In this document: one piece after another, positions 39,004-53,485 of the stretch
Numbering within the stretch: the stretch's first letter is position 1
Layout: every line of letters begins with the position of its first letter
DNA from: Mytilus trossulus
Taxonomy: Eukaryota
DNA length: 64,000 bases
Direction: 5' to 3'
NCBI RefSeq assembly: GCF_036588685.1
Contig: NC_086382.1
Coordinates: 54,808,001-54,872,000, forward strand
The notes under the pieces: generated by a model
The model's input: only the letters and a program-made list of their open reading frames with translations
Databases searched by the model: none
Told to the model about the DNA's origin: nothing
Position numbers and translations under genes: made by a program

Positions 39004-39607
39004 ATGACGGAAGTGGATAACAACCTTCACTGGATGTACATCCCTCGCATGGTCTGCTCGGTGCCCCGGTCGTTGAGCTTTAAATGATTTTGTGTCATGG
39101 GTCAGGAACAGGTAGAGAACGCCATTTCGGTATGTCGCCATCTCTGTTTTGTGAGTTGTTTTGGTTGTTTTTTTGTTGACTATGTTGGTGTTATTTCTTC
39201 ACAACGGCTGCTTTCATGGCCAAATTGGTCAGCTTGGCAGCCCGCTAATCTCGATGATTGAGTACTGGTAGATGAGTCTCGGACGTAGTATTTAAGTTGA
39301 AATGAAGCACTATCAGGACCCAAATCGCAAGGCATTGAAATGAAAGTCCATGATCTAACACCTAGTATACAGCCCTCAATCGGCATAACATTCCCTAATA
39401 TACAATGGGTGTTTATGTGCATGTTGACGCGGGAATAAATGCACAACAAACATTTACTGTACAGCGTTGGATTGGTTTCTGTCATCTAAAGTAGTTTGTG
39501 GTTGATCCATTCACAAGTAGACCGTCATCGAAGATAGCAAATAAAGGAGCTAGCCCAGCACGTCCGTTCGATGGAAGGACGGAGACGTGACTGGATTAAT
39601 AATTGAT
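39004..39607. mobile_element. 604-bp GC-richer insertion flanked by a 15-bp direct repeat (retroposon-like)
   Basis: TGTCCATATTCATTT (38989-39003) and TGTCCGTATTCATTT (39608-39622); clear compositional shift inside. Confidence 0.6.
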
Positions 39608-39859
39608 TGTCCGTATTCATTTTTCTAATTACAATCATGATATACACAACTTTAAACAATATATGATGAATGATATATAAATTTGTTTTGTGATTTAACA
39701 AAAATATCCGCTGGTAGCACTGTGAGTTATATTTACGTCATTATATTCCAAGTCAGCAAAAACATTTGTTAGTTAAACTTTTATTTTTATATATGGAGAT
39801 CTTGCAATTAAACACCCAACATCTACCTTTAATGCTCTATCAAAAATAATGCTAGACTA

Positions 39860-40460
39860 TTATTTAGCATTTATGCCATACAAGACATTTAGCTGTACAT
39901 TGTTTAACAGATAAGAAACCGGACCAAAAGTTTGTGGCATAATCTGAAATGATAGTTCGTATCTAGTTTTCTGCACATGTATTGCGAAACAGTGACTTCC
40001 TGAACAGAACAATACAATTTTTAGTATTAGTAAAATTAACTCGTCATAGATATAAGACTTATGATTTTGTACGGGGAAAGCGTCTACAGACAGAGTAACA
40101 CCGACCAATAAATAGGGACAAAAGATACCAGAAGTAAAGACTAATAGATCGAAAAAAAACCTGACGTTGCAATTCACGAAGTTGCATTGTATCAAGTTGA
40201 ACAACACACACGAACATATTGATATTCTTTCACCTTACATTCTACTTTCCCCTCCTATGTCTTATATCTAATTCATCGAAAACAGGGTGTCTCAGGTCAA
40301 ATGTGCCAACGATGACAGGATTACCATTTGATATGCAGAGTAGGGTGATTTTTTGCAGATTTACTATTCATTTTCATCTCTTGTTAGGCTTGTTTATAAT
40401 TTTTAACCTGAAAAATGTCAAAATTATTCTTCCCAAACCAATTATATCAATTACTGTTTA
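39860..40460 (-). pseudogene. Decayed coding-like region
   Basis: ..IVNLQKITLLCISNGNPVIVGTFDLRHPVFDELDIRHRRGK*..; a 115-aa open frame follows in another frame. Confidence 0.3.
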
Positions 40461-40796
40461 AAATAGTATTGACGTTGCAAATTCATTTTTAAAGTCAACT
40501 TTGTGTTGTTATGTTTTCTTGGAATGATAACATGACTTCTTTATATATATATTTAGTAAAAGTTTAATCTAACGAGACTCAAAGATGATTCATTTCACAT
40601 CAGAATCTGACTGACGAAGGATATCTGTTATCCGAAATATTTATAAATAATTACATTTATAGTTACCTTTTTTTGTATTTGGAGTTGTTGTGTACACTTT
40701 TTTAGGCGTTTATATAATTTATTTATTGTGTACATGTATCGTTACTCGTAACGATCCAGCGCCCACGTGGGGAAAATCGTTGACTACTATACAGAC

Positions 40797-40800
<4 letters not shown>

Positions 40801-40831
<31 letters not shown>
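40801..40831. repeat. (TA)n microsatellite
   Basis: About 15 TA units. Confidence 0.95.
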
Positions 40832-40834
<3 letters not shown>

Positions 40835-42269
40835 AAAAATAATTATCAAGGTTATGCAATATTTTTCAATTATCCACAATAAAATCTTCTTCATTTTCAA
40901 TGTTATATACCTGTGTTTGCATATTTACTCAAAAAGCTATCAAAGTAACCATACTGTGCGTTTCTTGTAAAGGTAATCAAAAATATGCGTTTAAAAACAA
41001 TGAATTTGATACATTTGAATTGGTAAAAATGCCGAATCGATCAATTTCAAGCGTAATACGTTTCTTTTTTTAAGATTGCCTTTTAAAAGTATTTTTTGCA
41101 TATTAACCTATTGGTTTTGCACAGTTGGATTGCCAATACTGCAATCCAAACCACTATCGATAAATTTAAGAAAGAAACGGAAGTGTATTGAACCCAGATT
41201 ATGGAATTAATTCGTTTTGCTCCATGCTGTCTTCCTTTTTTGCAGCTCGTCTTTTGTACTCTGTCTGTATTGACTTTGCAATAAAAGGCGGATGGCCGAG
41301 GGATCAAGCTAGAGAATGCAAACATGAACTTGTTTTGACAACTACATTACACACAATCTCGTTCTTTTGTCACGAGTAAAATTTATATCAGTTATTTAAT
41401 TTCTGATATCGTGTATAGTTTAGGTCTTTCTTCTAACCTATATCTTTTTAACTTCCAATTAGATATACATATTTAAATGGATGAGTACGAACGAATGAGA
41501 GCTATACACAATGTCATCATGTAACCAAATTTTATGAATCCTACTTTAAGAGATATTGTCCTTTGTATACCCAATTACATTGAATTTATTAGTTTTACCT
41601 TGCTATTTTTCAATTTTTTAGTTTTTTCTTCATTCCGTTGTTCAAAAGTCATAAATCGATTGAGAGAAAACAAATCCGGGTTACAAAGTAAATTGGGTGA
41701 ACTCAACAAGTATAAGAGGAAAACAACAGAAACAGAAAGTGCGACAAAACAAAAACATTAATAGAAACGCACTAATATGAATTCATTATGTTTTATTAGA
41801 GATAGCAGTTTTTGTTGTTTGCGTAGGGGTACAATCAAATTATTTTCAGTGAAAGACAAATTCCGAGAGGCGTATATGGATGCTTCGGCAAAACAACGAA
41901 AATTATTTACGGACACAAAACACGAACAGATAATTGGCACCTATGCAAATATATGAATCCACAGTTTTTGATAACAACTGCTATATTGTTTACTATGTAC
42001 AAAAAGATTCAGGGGAAAATGATGTGGTGAATCTGGTTTTATGGTTAGCGAAACCTACCTTCTATGGCAATATCAAAAGATAAATCGATAAAATCACAAC
42101 AATACGTGACCTGAATGCAGTAAAAGTACATTGCATAAAACGAATAGGTTAGCTTCTAGATCTTCTTGCGGATAAATATCTCTTCTTTTCGATACTTCGC
42201 CTTACAATATGTGAAATATACGACTTTGAATTTAAACTGTTAACACAGATATGTAATGTTATCGATATC

Positions 42270-42763
42270 TATCAGAGAATGCCGCTTGAATTTGTTTGAA
42301 AGATGGTTATGTTATTGCAACTAATACTCATGATTTATAGAGTATTGATAGTATTTTTCCACTAATATACAGTATCTCTTCAATTCCGAAACATTGTTTT
42401 TAAACAACATAATACAATATTTTTAATACGGTTTTTCATATACGTACGATTTTCAAAGGATCTTTCACGTTTTCTTTTTACAAGAAGTGCTCTGCTTGCT
42501 TATAATTCAAGATAAAGGTTACACTGATACCGATTTAATGTTGCTTTAAATGTGTTCTTGAAATTAAACATTACACTAATTTACCGAGGCTGAATGATAT
42601 TCTGCCTGTGTGCAATAATGGCAATTTGTTGGCGTCTAAAACAGATTTAATTGGAAATTTAATTGACAAATCTAGAAAATTTTCATTAAAACAACTGAGG
42701 TCTGTCAAAAGAGAACATGCTCATCTAAGAGACATTTCAATAAATTATATAGAATACTTTTAA
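42270..42763 (+). pseudogene. Decayed reading frame, probable paralog of 36010-36342
   Basis: MPLEFV/KDGYVIATNTHDL*SIDSIFPL..., then 74 open codons in the same frame as DGY (..KCVLEIKHYTNLPRLNDILPVCNNGNLLASKTDLIGNLIDKSRKFSLKQLRSVKREHAHLRDISINYIEYF*). Confidence 0.45.
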
Positions 42764-43731
42764 TTTACGAATGATCTAAGAATGCAACACTGAAAATCAA
42801 ATAACACACAAAGAATAGCAGGGCAAATATTTGACCTTCAACTGATTGTTCCTCTGTATTTCATTCAATTGACTTTGAAACACACATCTTATATCATTTT
42901 GCAGACTTTTAAATCTTATACTTTAGGGTCATATCTGTCTGTACATGTAATTATATTTTGAACTTGTATAGAAAACGAACAACTACTTCTTTTCAAAAAG
43001 AAATGATTAACATATAACGAAATAACCCAAATTTCCCTGTACTAACCTTTTTTCAAGGACATAAGCTTGAATATGATGTCAAAGTGGAGCCAATTTTATG
43101 AAAGACAAAAAGAAAATAGCATACCTTTAACTTACATCTTACATTACGAAATAATTCAATATTTGAATATGAATGCAAAAAGCGAGATTTACATTGAGCA
43201 AATGATATCTAACAATTTTATAAAATGCATCAGTACATCAACAAAATAATATCTAGACCAGCCTTCTGGAGAAATTCCGGAAATTATCAACAAAGGTACA
43301 ATATGTCTATCAGTATTTCGGTGAAATGTTTCCTTATATATAAAGGCAACAGCAGTATACCGCTGTTCAAAATTTATAACTCGATAGAGAAAAAAATCGG
43401 GTTACAAACTAAAACTGAGGGAAAATTATCAAAATAAGAGAACTACGACACACCAGAAACACAACAAAGAAATGTAGCACACAGAGAAACGAATTATAAA
43501 GTAACAATGGCCATGTTTCTGACTTGGTACAAGGCATTTTATGAAACAAAATGGTGGATTGAACCTGCTTTTATGGCAAACCAAACCTCCCGCTTTAATG
43601 GCAGTGTTATTCATAACATTATAATGACGACATTACACGACGGGCTACAATAAGTAAATAGGAGAAAATATAAGACAGAGAAAAAGACGAATGATATCCA
43701 TAAAAAAGTAACAGGTAGAACAATATGTGTA

Positions 43732-43965
43732 TACGCAAGACGCGCGCTACGTCCACACAAAACTATGCTCAGATGAAAAACGTTTGAAAGCCATAACAAT
43801 TATATAGTTGAAGATCGCCGAAAGCCTAAAGTTCCAAAAAGTTGTGAAGCCTGGGTTATCCGCCTAGGACAAAAACATAATTATTATCGTGAATCATACA
43901 TAGTTTTGCAATCAGTAGATTTTATAAGAAATGACTATTTAATAGGTATACAAGATTAAACTGAC
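43732..43965 (-). mobile_element. Old degenerate retrozyme copy
   Basis: TACGCAAGACGCGCGCTACGTCCACACAAAACT is a decayed reverse complement of the hammerhead region; TTCCAAAAAGTTGTG matches the unit body. Confidence 0.55.
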
Positions 43966-46900
43966 ATTAAACATTACAAAATAACAGCCGTGATCGCCAA
44001 AGTCATTGCAACGCCCAACGTGACGTCACATTTAAATTTCTATAACGTGTTACGAAAACTAAGAAAGGATTTGGATGAAATTCAAGATTAAATGTGTAAG
44101 ACTTATCTTACTTATATTTAGAACTGTGAAAATTATTATACTAATAACATGGCTTTTAACAACCTTTTTCTGAGCATTTTCTTTTAAAATTTTACTTGCT
44201 GATCGAGTCTATAAAATTAGTTGTTAATTCAGAATGATTTTCTCTTGTTTCTGTTGTATATGTATGTGTTAAAAGTCGACATAATTCTTTTTTTTATGTT
44301 TATCATCAATAACTTCGTTTTCATTTGAATCTGTATCATTTAAAACGATTAAATATATTTTTAAATACGATTTTTGTTGTGATGAAACTAAAACACGAAA
44401 GTTGGAACCAATAATTGGAATTGCATAATGTTGAAATAAAACTTGCAGTTTCTTGACATGGTATAATAAGGTACATTATTTATAATTTACATGAAATCAA
44501 TAACATTTTGGTATAGATTTGAAAAGGGTTTTACGAACTTCTTAATTTAACTGTTTTATTGACATCTGTTCTTCTTGTTAGGTCTGTAACTCTGTAATGT
44601 TGTTAAGACTTATTTAACCTTCATTTCTCAATTATATCATAGAAGCATCTGAACTTCATTACTGTTAGTAAAAGCTATCCTTCGTTATTCTTATCAAATT
44701 TCACAAATGTTGTTTAGAATTGATGCTATACTGACACACTGAATTTAGCTGTAGAAAATAGGTCACTTCTTTCATCGTTTTAAATTGAGTAAGTGTTTTT
44801 AATTGAGCTCATTGTTTCAACTTTTTTTTGTGCATTGCCTTTATGTGTTAATTATAGAGCATACTTTTAATCCGCAAGAGATAATCAAAACTAACTATTG
44901 AGGTAGTACAATTGGAAACCAAATGAACTATAAAAGGAATGAGATCGATTGCATTAACTGATAATCAAGATCTCAAATGCATGCATCGTGGAAATCAAAC
45001 AAAATATCAAAAATTAAATGTCAATGCATGAACAAGAACTACCCGACATACATAGACTTTGCCATTAGATGCTAGATTCTTTTTATTCTTGATACGAAGC
45101 TTCAATATGTTCTGATTGAGACTATGACTCTCGGGTTTAATGGCTGTATTTTGACAATTATACCTATAATGTCTGTTTTGTTCAATCATCGTTTTGAATA
45201 TAGCGAAATTTGATGCGACTGTAATACAAATGCGAGGTTTAGCGCTAACCAAAACAGGTTCAATCAACCATTTTCTACATTTGAGAATGTCTGTACCACG
45301 TCCGGAATATTGCAGTTATTGTCCATTCGTTTGATATGTTTTATGATTTTAATTTTGGTATTTAATAAGGGACTTTTCGTTTTGATTTTTTTTTCGGAGT
45401 TCAGTATTGTTTTAATTTAAATTTTATGCATGAAAGACTAAGTCGCCTAGAAGAAAAATGCAGTTTGATTACATTTAAATGCCGGATGATTATTATAAAA
45501 TTCGTATTCCAAACGTATTAAATATGTTGTCAATCAAATAACTAAACCTCCTCATCGTACCGGATGTAAGTGTCAATGAGACAACCTTGAATTCAAGTCA
45601 CAAGTGTCATATATAAACATGTCAAAACAAACATTTTTGACCTAAACTTATGCAAAATCGGATTTTAGTTTTGGAAAATAGATAAACATATTGATGATTA
45701 TAGTGTGAGGGTTTACACGAGCAACACGACGGGTCAAACATGTGAATCAGTTTCTGCTTAGTTCTTTCGGAGTGCATGCTATCACACCTAGTCTTTTTTG
45801 TGGGGTGTTTGAATGTCCCAGTTGTATCTTTCGCAATCAAGTTACTATTGCAAAAAGAGGATTATCTTTATCAAGTGTTCAATATGTTTTTCACTTTGCA
45901 TGCAAACAAACTTTGACATTTCCATTCTCAAATTTATAAAAACGACGCCTTAAATAAATCAATTTCTGGATGTAAACGTATAGATTACACATTTGTATAT
46001 TGATTAGTTCAGTACTTGCAAATTGCCATTAGAAAATAAAAAAATATGTTCATGAATTGGAATACATGTAGCCTAAGTGCAGCTTGGGACCATTATATAT
46101 GACGCGTCTAAAAATATACTGCAGTTAAAAACACCATTAACACTTTGTTATCCTGATGATTAAGGTTTTTTCCTAGTTTCATTTATACCAATCTGACAAA
46201 CCACTTACTTATGTAAATATCAATCTGTGTTTTATTTTCAAAATATGCAACTTTTATGTTTTCTGTCTACAGCAAAGAATAATATATTGCTGTAAAATGT
46301 CATATCGTTTAAATGGGAAATAACTGTAACAGTATATAAGTAACAATTCATATTTCCGTACTAAAAAAATATTTTAAAACAAGTACTAAATATACAAATT
46401 AAAAAATAAACAGTTTTAAAAGTGTAAAGTGGGCCTTGATTTTAAAATTAAAAATGAAATAAAATGATTCTGTGAGCATCATGACTACAAAACTGCTCGT
46501 GTACTTTCCTGTTATCTAATTCTTATACTTAATTATCTCAATCGCAAGAACAACTTAAGTTTATGAATATGATAATAAATTAAAAAAAAATGATAGATAC
46601 GATATTGCTTAAAATGTAACCATAACTTTAGATAAAATTTGAAAAAAAACCAAGTTAAAAATTAAGAAGGTAACCAATCCTCTGGTGAAGCTATGAAAGA
46701 ATATCTGCAGCATTCATTTTATATTATTTCTTATACGTAAGTAAAGCTGTTTATTTTTACTTTTCAACAGTTTGCTCATGGTTGAAGGCCGAACAATGAC
46801 CTACAGTCGCTGCATGTTACATCTTCGATATTTGGTTGATAGTAACTGTTGTCACATTGGCAATCATACAATATTTGTTGATCTGATGGAGATTTTTGTT

Positions 46901-49549
46901 ACAGCGCCATACTACATTATTTTTTCCAACTACAGTGTTTACTATTGAATGCCTTCCCATTCATAGCACAATACTACATCACATGTCTTACGAAGTATTG
47001 ATTGTCATGTTAGAAGGAATAAAATTGCAGTGACAGCTTAATAAACACACGATAGAGCAATACTTGACATAGAACAATTCTCGTAACAATTTGTTTGATT
47101 TTCCAATTGATCTAACACTCAAATTACTATTAAACTTTTAGGAAAAACATTTAAGTTGTACACTTTCGGTATTTGAATTCAGAATAAATACAAATGTATC
47201 AACTAGAAATGAACAGTTTTCGATGTATCACTTAATTATGTCGATTATTCTCTTTATAAATTTTCATTAAAAAAAGTTAATTTCGCTTTTCTTATTTTGA
47301 AATGTCCACTATTTAACTACGATGAAACTAAATTGAGGAGTATATATCGCATTCGATGCATACAGTGATGTCTTATTTTTTTTGTAAATGTTATAAGATT
47401 ACTGAACTATATAGAATAAATCAGAGAACTTTAATCTAAAGATTCGTTTCTTTAAAAAATGTTCTGAATAAGTGTTTATGAAACGTTTGTGATTTTATAT
47501 CCATAATCGTCAATAAGGCAGTAAAAACAAAACCCCAACCAACAACATTCAACTCGGAAAAGTTGTCAATAACAAGTTTCAACATCATTAATTCATTGAA
47601 TAATTTAAAATATGTTATCTGATTTTTGTTTTCTTCAATTCAGAACTTTTTTTTTATATAGTTCATGGATACATATGGAACATTTAAACGATTAAAACAT
47701 TGGTAAACATGTACGTTTTTTGGTTTAAATGCGTCTGCTTCAATAACATATCATGCAGTTCTAAAACTCATTACTTAATGTAGTCAGTCTAGATTTTGAA
47801 TTTTCTGGACTAAGTCTATTTAACCGTAAGCATGACCAACTGATAAAATAGAGCCTATAGAATAATGCTTTACAACACTTACGCCGAGGGAGACATTTTG
47901 CAATAACTAGCTTTCCTGCTATATCGATATAACATTATAAAAACACTATCTTTTGAATCTAGACGTCAAAATCATTTATTTTTCCACACCTGCTACTAAT
48001 GAAAGTGCCGAGACAATATCTCAAAACTTTCATTTCACTTTGTATTTCGTTTCTACAGGATTGAAAAAATCCATAAAATGGCAAAACAACTTAAATGTTT
48101 TTTATAATAACTGTGCTAAATTGCGATTTTAGTTAAAGAGAATATAATCATGACAATTAGGTTTAAGAGGAAACATACTTACTACTACATTTCATTTTAT
48201 TGTTCGATAACTATTCCAATAAAACAATCAATAAAAACCATAGTACAGTAAATGGCAAAAAGTTAAAAGTAACATACACTGTACTTGTTAAATGTTTGAT
48301 CTAAAATAATAGAACTGCATATTATTAAAGGAAAAATAAATTCGATAAGTACATTTCCAGATAAAACGAGAAAGAAAGACGTTCTAATTGGTCCTGTCCA
48401 ACAATCGTTGACGTAAACCTAATGAAATAATACATACAAATAATGTGATCAGTCAGATATGTTTGCTTCATTAAATGTTAATCACGAATAAGACAAGACA
48501 TCATATTCTTATCTCTTGATTGAAAATTGTGCTTAATGTGGCTAAAAACCAACATAGATGTCAATGTATGTATAATATTGTGCATTGATGAAATCCCTCT
48601 TCGAAGATTATCTCACGTTTCTTTTTATCAATGTCAAAATCGGTGATATATTTAAATCTTAAATTTCTGCAGATTACTTGCAAATCGAGGTTTTTTTATA
48701 CCTATTTTTCTTTTTTGTATTGCTGAATATAATATTGCTGATATTATGCTTGCATTGTCAATATTCATGATCTTACTTGTGTTTAGATTGATTGAATGTT
48801 TTGTGCCGTTTCCCATAGCATTGCCTCTTATAAATAGTGTTTGAATAATAATCCTGGTACCTTTGATATTATTTCTATGTTATATAATTACAGGCCACAA
48901 TGATTTCCAACAGTCAAAACTAGCATTTAGGTAAAATACATGTATAAACCTTTTGAAATAATTAAAACATCTTTCTTTTTTCTAAAGCTTTCAGTTAGCA
49001 GGTACAAGAATCATACATTTACATGTCTGAGCCTCATTTCTAATACTGTTGAACTTATGTCTTTGATTTTCCCTTTTAGTAACATCGTAGCTCCAATATA
49101 TGTATGAATCTTATTATTTACGCTCTCTGTCACTGTGTTTATAGCTCTCACTAGTTTATTTATTTGTTAGTTTGTCGACACTAGTACTACCTAATAAATT
49201 TAATTTACTATTTGATGTCTGTAAATCTTCATTCTACGTTTGTCTGTTAGCTTTATAATTAAAAGCCGTAAATCAATCTATCAGATTTCACGAGTTGATG
49301 TTTTCTACAATTAAATCAAGACGGCATCTGAACTTTATTATGAGAATTACTGACCATAACCTAATTTAATTTTTGCGTGATTTCCAATTAAATACTACAT
49401 TGACATTCTTTTCCGAATATACATTTAAGAAAAAATCATCAAATATATCAGGCTTATTTTTTTTACGCCAGAAGTGCATTTCGTCTACAAAGGACCCACT
49501 AGTGTGTTCGAATAAAACAATGTTAAAGGGAAACGTAATACACGATAAA

Positions 49550-50462
49550 TGTTACCCTCTTATATAGTATATTGGCCTCTAGTTCTTTATCTTTATCTAT
49601 AGTACTTTATCATGTTTATGCTAATAATATCTTGTACTGTACGTTGGTCTCATATATTATATGTCGATCTCCAGTACGGTATGTTACCCTATAGTTTTGT
49701 ATTTTGCCATCAAGTTATTGAAGTTGACCACTTGGTTCTTATATTGACCTCTATTGCAGGATGTTTACCACTAGTACTGTATGTTTTACACTCATACGCA
49801 ATGTTACTTCTAGTACTGTATTTTTTTCTCTAGTACTAATTGTTGCCCTCTTGTACTGAATGTTACCCTCATGTACTGAGTGTTGCCCTTTTGTACTTTA
49901 CGTGGACCTCTAGTTTGTTCCTTTTTAAATTCTTACACGACAATGACTGCTGTACCCATATTTTAACTATTTTATTTATTGTGTCTGTTTAGTAAACGCA
50001 TCATTGTAAAAATTACGGAATTTGACGAGACTGTCATCAAAGTGAGAGGGTTAGCGATATAAAACCAGGTTTAACCCACCTTTTTCTACATTTGAAAATG
50101 CCTGTACCAAGTCAGAAATATGACAGTTCTTGTCCATTCATTTTTTATGTGTTTTGTCATTTGATTTTGCCATGTGATTATGGACTTTCTGAATTGATTT
50201 TCTTCTAATTTCAGTATTTTTGTGATTTTACTTTTTAGTATACTGCCATTTATTATTTTACGTTGCTCACTTGGCCATAACATTGACATCTAGACTATAT
50301 ATCATCCTCTCCTACTGAAAACTTGCCTCTTAGTATTGTATGTTGACCTCTTGTACAGAATGCCCTCCTGTAGAACTGTATGTTGCCCTTCAGCACTTGA
50401 TGTTTACCTCTGTACTGTATGTTTTCCCTACTACTGTATTGTACCATCTTACGTTGTCCTCT
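49550..50462 (+). repeat. ~21-bp minisatellite (CTAGTACTGTATGTTACCCT-like) split by an interspersed repeat at about 49935-50238
   Basis: Periodic AGTACTG..TGTT.CCCT units on both sides of the insertion. Confidence 0.75.
49935..50238. repeat. Abundant interspersed repeat family (class undetermined)
   Basis: GCCTGTACCAAGTCAGGAATATGACAGTT core; related copies at about 210-385, 25288-25420, 31620-32340, 43510-43730, 45150-45420, 56030-56200 and 56940-57105. Confidence 0.8.
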
Positions 50463-50767
50463 AAATCTGTTTTTTTTCTGCTGATTTTCGGCTTACTATC
50501 TAATTGACATTCGTTACATTTCTACATTTTCTTTCATTCATAGATCAAGATTGCAGCATGTAGTCTCTATTACTGCTTGCTGTCCGATGTAAGCCAATGC
50601 TCTGTGTTGAAGGCCGTGTTTTGACCTCCGGTGTTGTTTTTTTTATAAAATGTGATTTTGATGGAGAGTTCCAATAGTCGATACCTTATACAATCAGAAA
50701 TCAAAGGAATTTGTGATATGCCATGATTTCTTAAAAGAAGTACAGTAGTGTTTTATGAACAATTACA

Positions 50768-51590
50768 TCAAATTGAGAATGGAAATGAGGAATATGTCAA
50801 AGAGACAACAACTCGACCAAATAAAAGAAACACAGCAGACGCTCACCTACAGGTCTTCAATGTAGCGAGAAATTCCCGCACCCGGAGGCGTTCTTCAGCT
50901 AAACAAATATATATACTAGTTCAGTGATAATGAACACTATACTAATTTCCAAATTGTACACAAGAAACTAAAATTAAAATAATACAAGACTAACAAAGGC
51001 CAGAGGCTACTGAGTTTGGACAGGCGCAAAAATGCGGCGGGGTTAAACATGTTTGTGAGATCTCGACCCTCCCCCTATACCTCTAACCAATGTAGAAAAG
51101 TAAACTAAACAACGCCCACATTTAAATTCAGTTCAAGAGAAGTCCGAGTCTGATGTCAGAAGATGTAACCAAAGAAAATAAACAAAATGACAATAATACA
51201 TAAGTAACAACAGACTACTAGCAGTTAACTAACATGCCAGCTCCGGACTTCAATTGAACTAACTGAAAGATTATGATTGCATCATATGAACATCAGACAC
51301 AATCCTTCCCGTTAGGGGTTTAGTATTATACCATCATAACATATATGAGAAGAACATAACCCGTGTCATGCCAACAACTGTTTTTAGAATAAATGTGTTT
51401 AGTTCCGATTCAAAGACCTTATAAGTGACTCAATATTAACGCAAAAATATGCAATCTATAATGACTTGACAACAGAATCGTAATTATATCCCTTCTTAAT
51501 AAGTCTATTCAAAGGTTTTGTAATTTTCTGAGGTGAATACTGACACCTTTGTGCTTTATAAAGAATTTTTCCATAAAAAAATGATGTCCT
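50768..51590 (+). repeat. Interspersed repeat, about 820 bp
   Basis: Starts AAATTGAGAATGGAAATGAGGAATATGTCAAAGAGACAAC; the reverse complement of this end occurs at about 15335-15385. The right boundary is approximate. Confidence 0.5.
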
Positions 51591-52930
51591 TATACCGATG
51601 ATAAAATTTTCTGACTAGTTTGTGATATCGAAAACCCTGGTGTAATAATTTTTAAGTAATTACATACACTTATACCATACATTTTAAAAAAAAATCCCCT
51701 AAATACACAATTACTCATATTGAAATAATTTAGTGGTCACTTATTATCAAGAGGAATTAATCCCAGCCCCGAAAACAGCGTTTGAGTTGAAAGTAGTTCG
51801 TATGTTGAAAAATCGAAAATTATTGCTTATTGAAATTGATTTGTCGTCTTTCCAAACAGTCGTATAATAAATCGTCTTTTTATTCTATTTTGCTTTTTTT
51901 TTCTTAACTCGCTGGCACACACATGTGGCAATATCTTTTTATTGTAAGATACCATTCCATAGAGAATATAATCTTTATAACAACACTTTTGAGGATGTGA
52001 TGGTTCAGTGGTATGCATATTATTTCTAAAAAATCAAACTCATATCTAGATGTTCTCTAACATTTTTATAAAATCAAATAGTGTTAAAACATCAATGATA
52101 TCTTTGGTTTAGTGCAGTGTATCTGATAACTTTGAAATTAGAGAAAATTGTTGAGTAAGAAGGCAACCTTTATTCTATCATCGAGTACAGAAAATATATT
52201 GGATTATTGTAAAGCAATATAATATTTCCCACAGAAAGTTACCAAAAGTTAGCGTGCAATTAATTCCAATATTGCACTAGTGCAATACATTTTCTAAATT
52301 CATGATGTCATCAACGACAAAACCTTAGTTTAAACCAATTGTACTTTCAAATATTATATCACTATACAATAAAAGGGTTATTGCAAGAATATTGGGGAAT
52401 ATTGTCCATCGTAGAACATATCGTAAGATGGCAGACTTGTTTACTGTATCCTGCTTCTTAAATTTGTATAGAATATTATATTAATGCAACTAAAACACCA
52501 CCACTAGTCGATATTTTATTTGAATAAACCCATTTAACTCATTTTGTCAGAAACTATAACTTAAAGAATGTGTTTGTCAAATCAGTAGAAATAGATAATT
52601 GTTCAGAGTTGTAACTAGTCACGTCACTTCAAAGATTTCAATTAAACCATCATATATTTGATTAATCACTAACTGAAAAGATATTTGTATCTGTTACGTA
52701 ATAAGTATGACAATTAACCGAATGTCTCTTCAGATTTTTAATGACTATCTATGCATCCTTTGAAGCTGCACATTAAGTTAAAGCATTTGGTTGATGTAAC
52801 ATTTATTTCACTTAACGGATAATATTTTAAATTGATACTTTACTGGGAAAAATATATTCTGTTCAGTTGTTGTATAATCACCACATATCTGCTGTCTTAT
52901 GACATAGAAAACATCTTAGAGACGAATTAA

Positions 52931-53198
52931 AGGGGTAGCCAACACCTTGACTAAAATTAATTTTGCTCGTTTAATAATCATATAATTTTGACAATATATT
53001 GACTTTGACCCTTGGAATAACATATAAGAATTTAAAAACATATGAACCAATCACTTTCTCGGAAAAAAATTGTTGGATTCATTTTGAAAAACACTCATTT
53101 TGATCGTTTAGAAGCTTAATATTTCCTTAACAATACAACGTGATTAAAACGTTTAGCTGATTTTGCAAAATTTAATCCCTGTAGTGTAGGGTACCACC
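52931..53198. mobile_element. Short Kolobok-like MITE
   Basis: TTAA|AGGGGTAGCCAACAC ... GTGTAGGGTACCACC|TTAA. Confidence 0.65.
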
Positions 53199-53485
53199 TT
53201 AAGTCACCTGGTATACCGTGTCTATGAAGACAGAAGAAAAAAAACCGCGAACCGTGATGTAGACACCCCATAATTGGACTAAATACAGCAGCTCATTGTT
53301 AACTGTTGCTTTTTTTTTTGAGTGGAATTTTGACATTTTTATGCTTATTCCTCTAACAAAAAAAAACAATAATATATCTGAAGGGTTGTAAAAACTAGAT
53401 GATTTATTACCGTTAGAAATACATTTCTTTTGAAATTTTACAATGATTTCAATCTTTCGGTTTTTCATGTAATCTGTTTATATTT

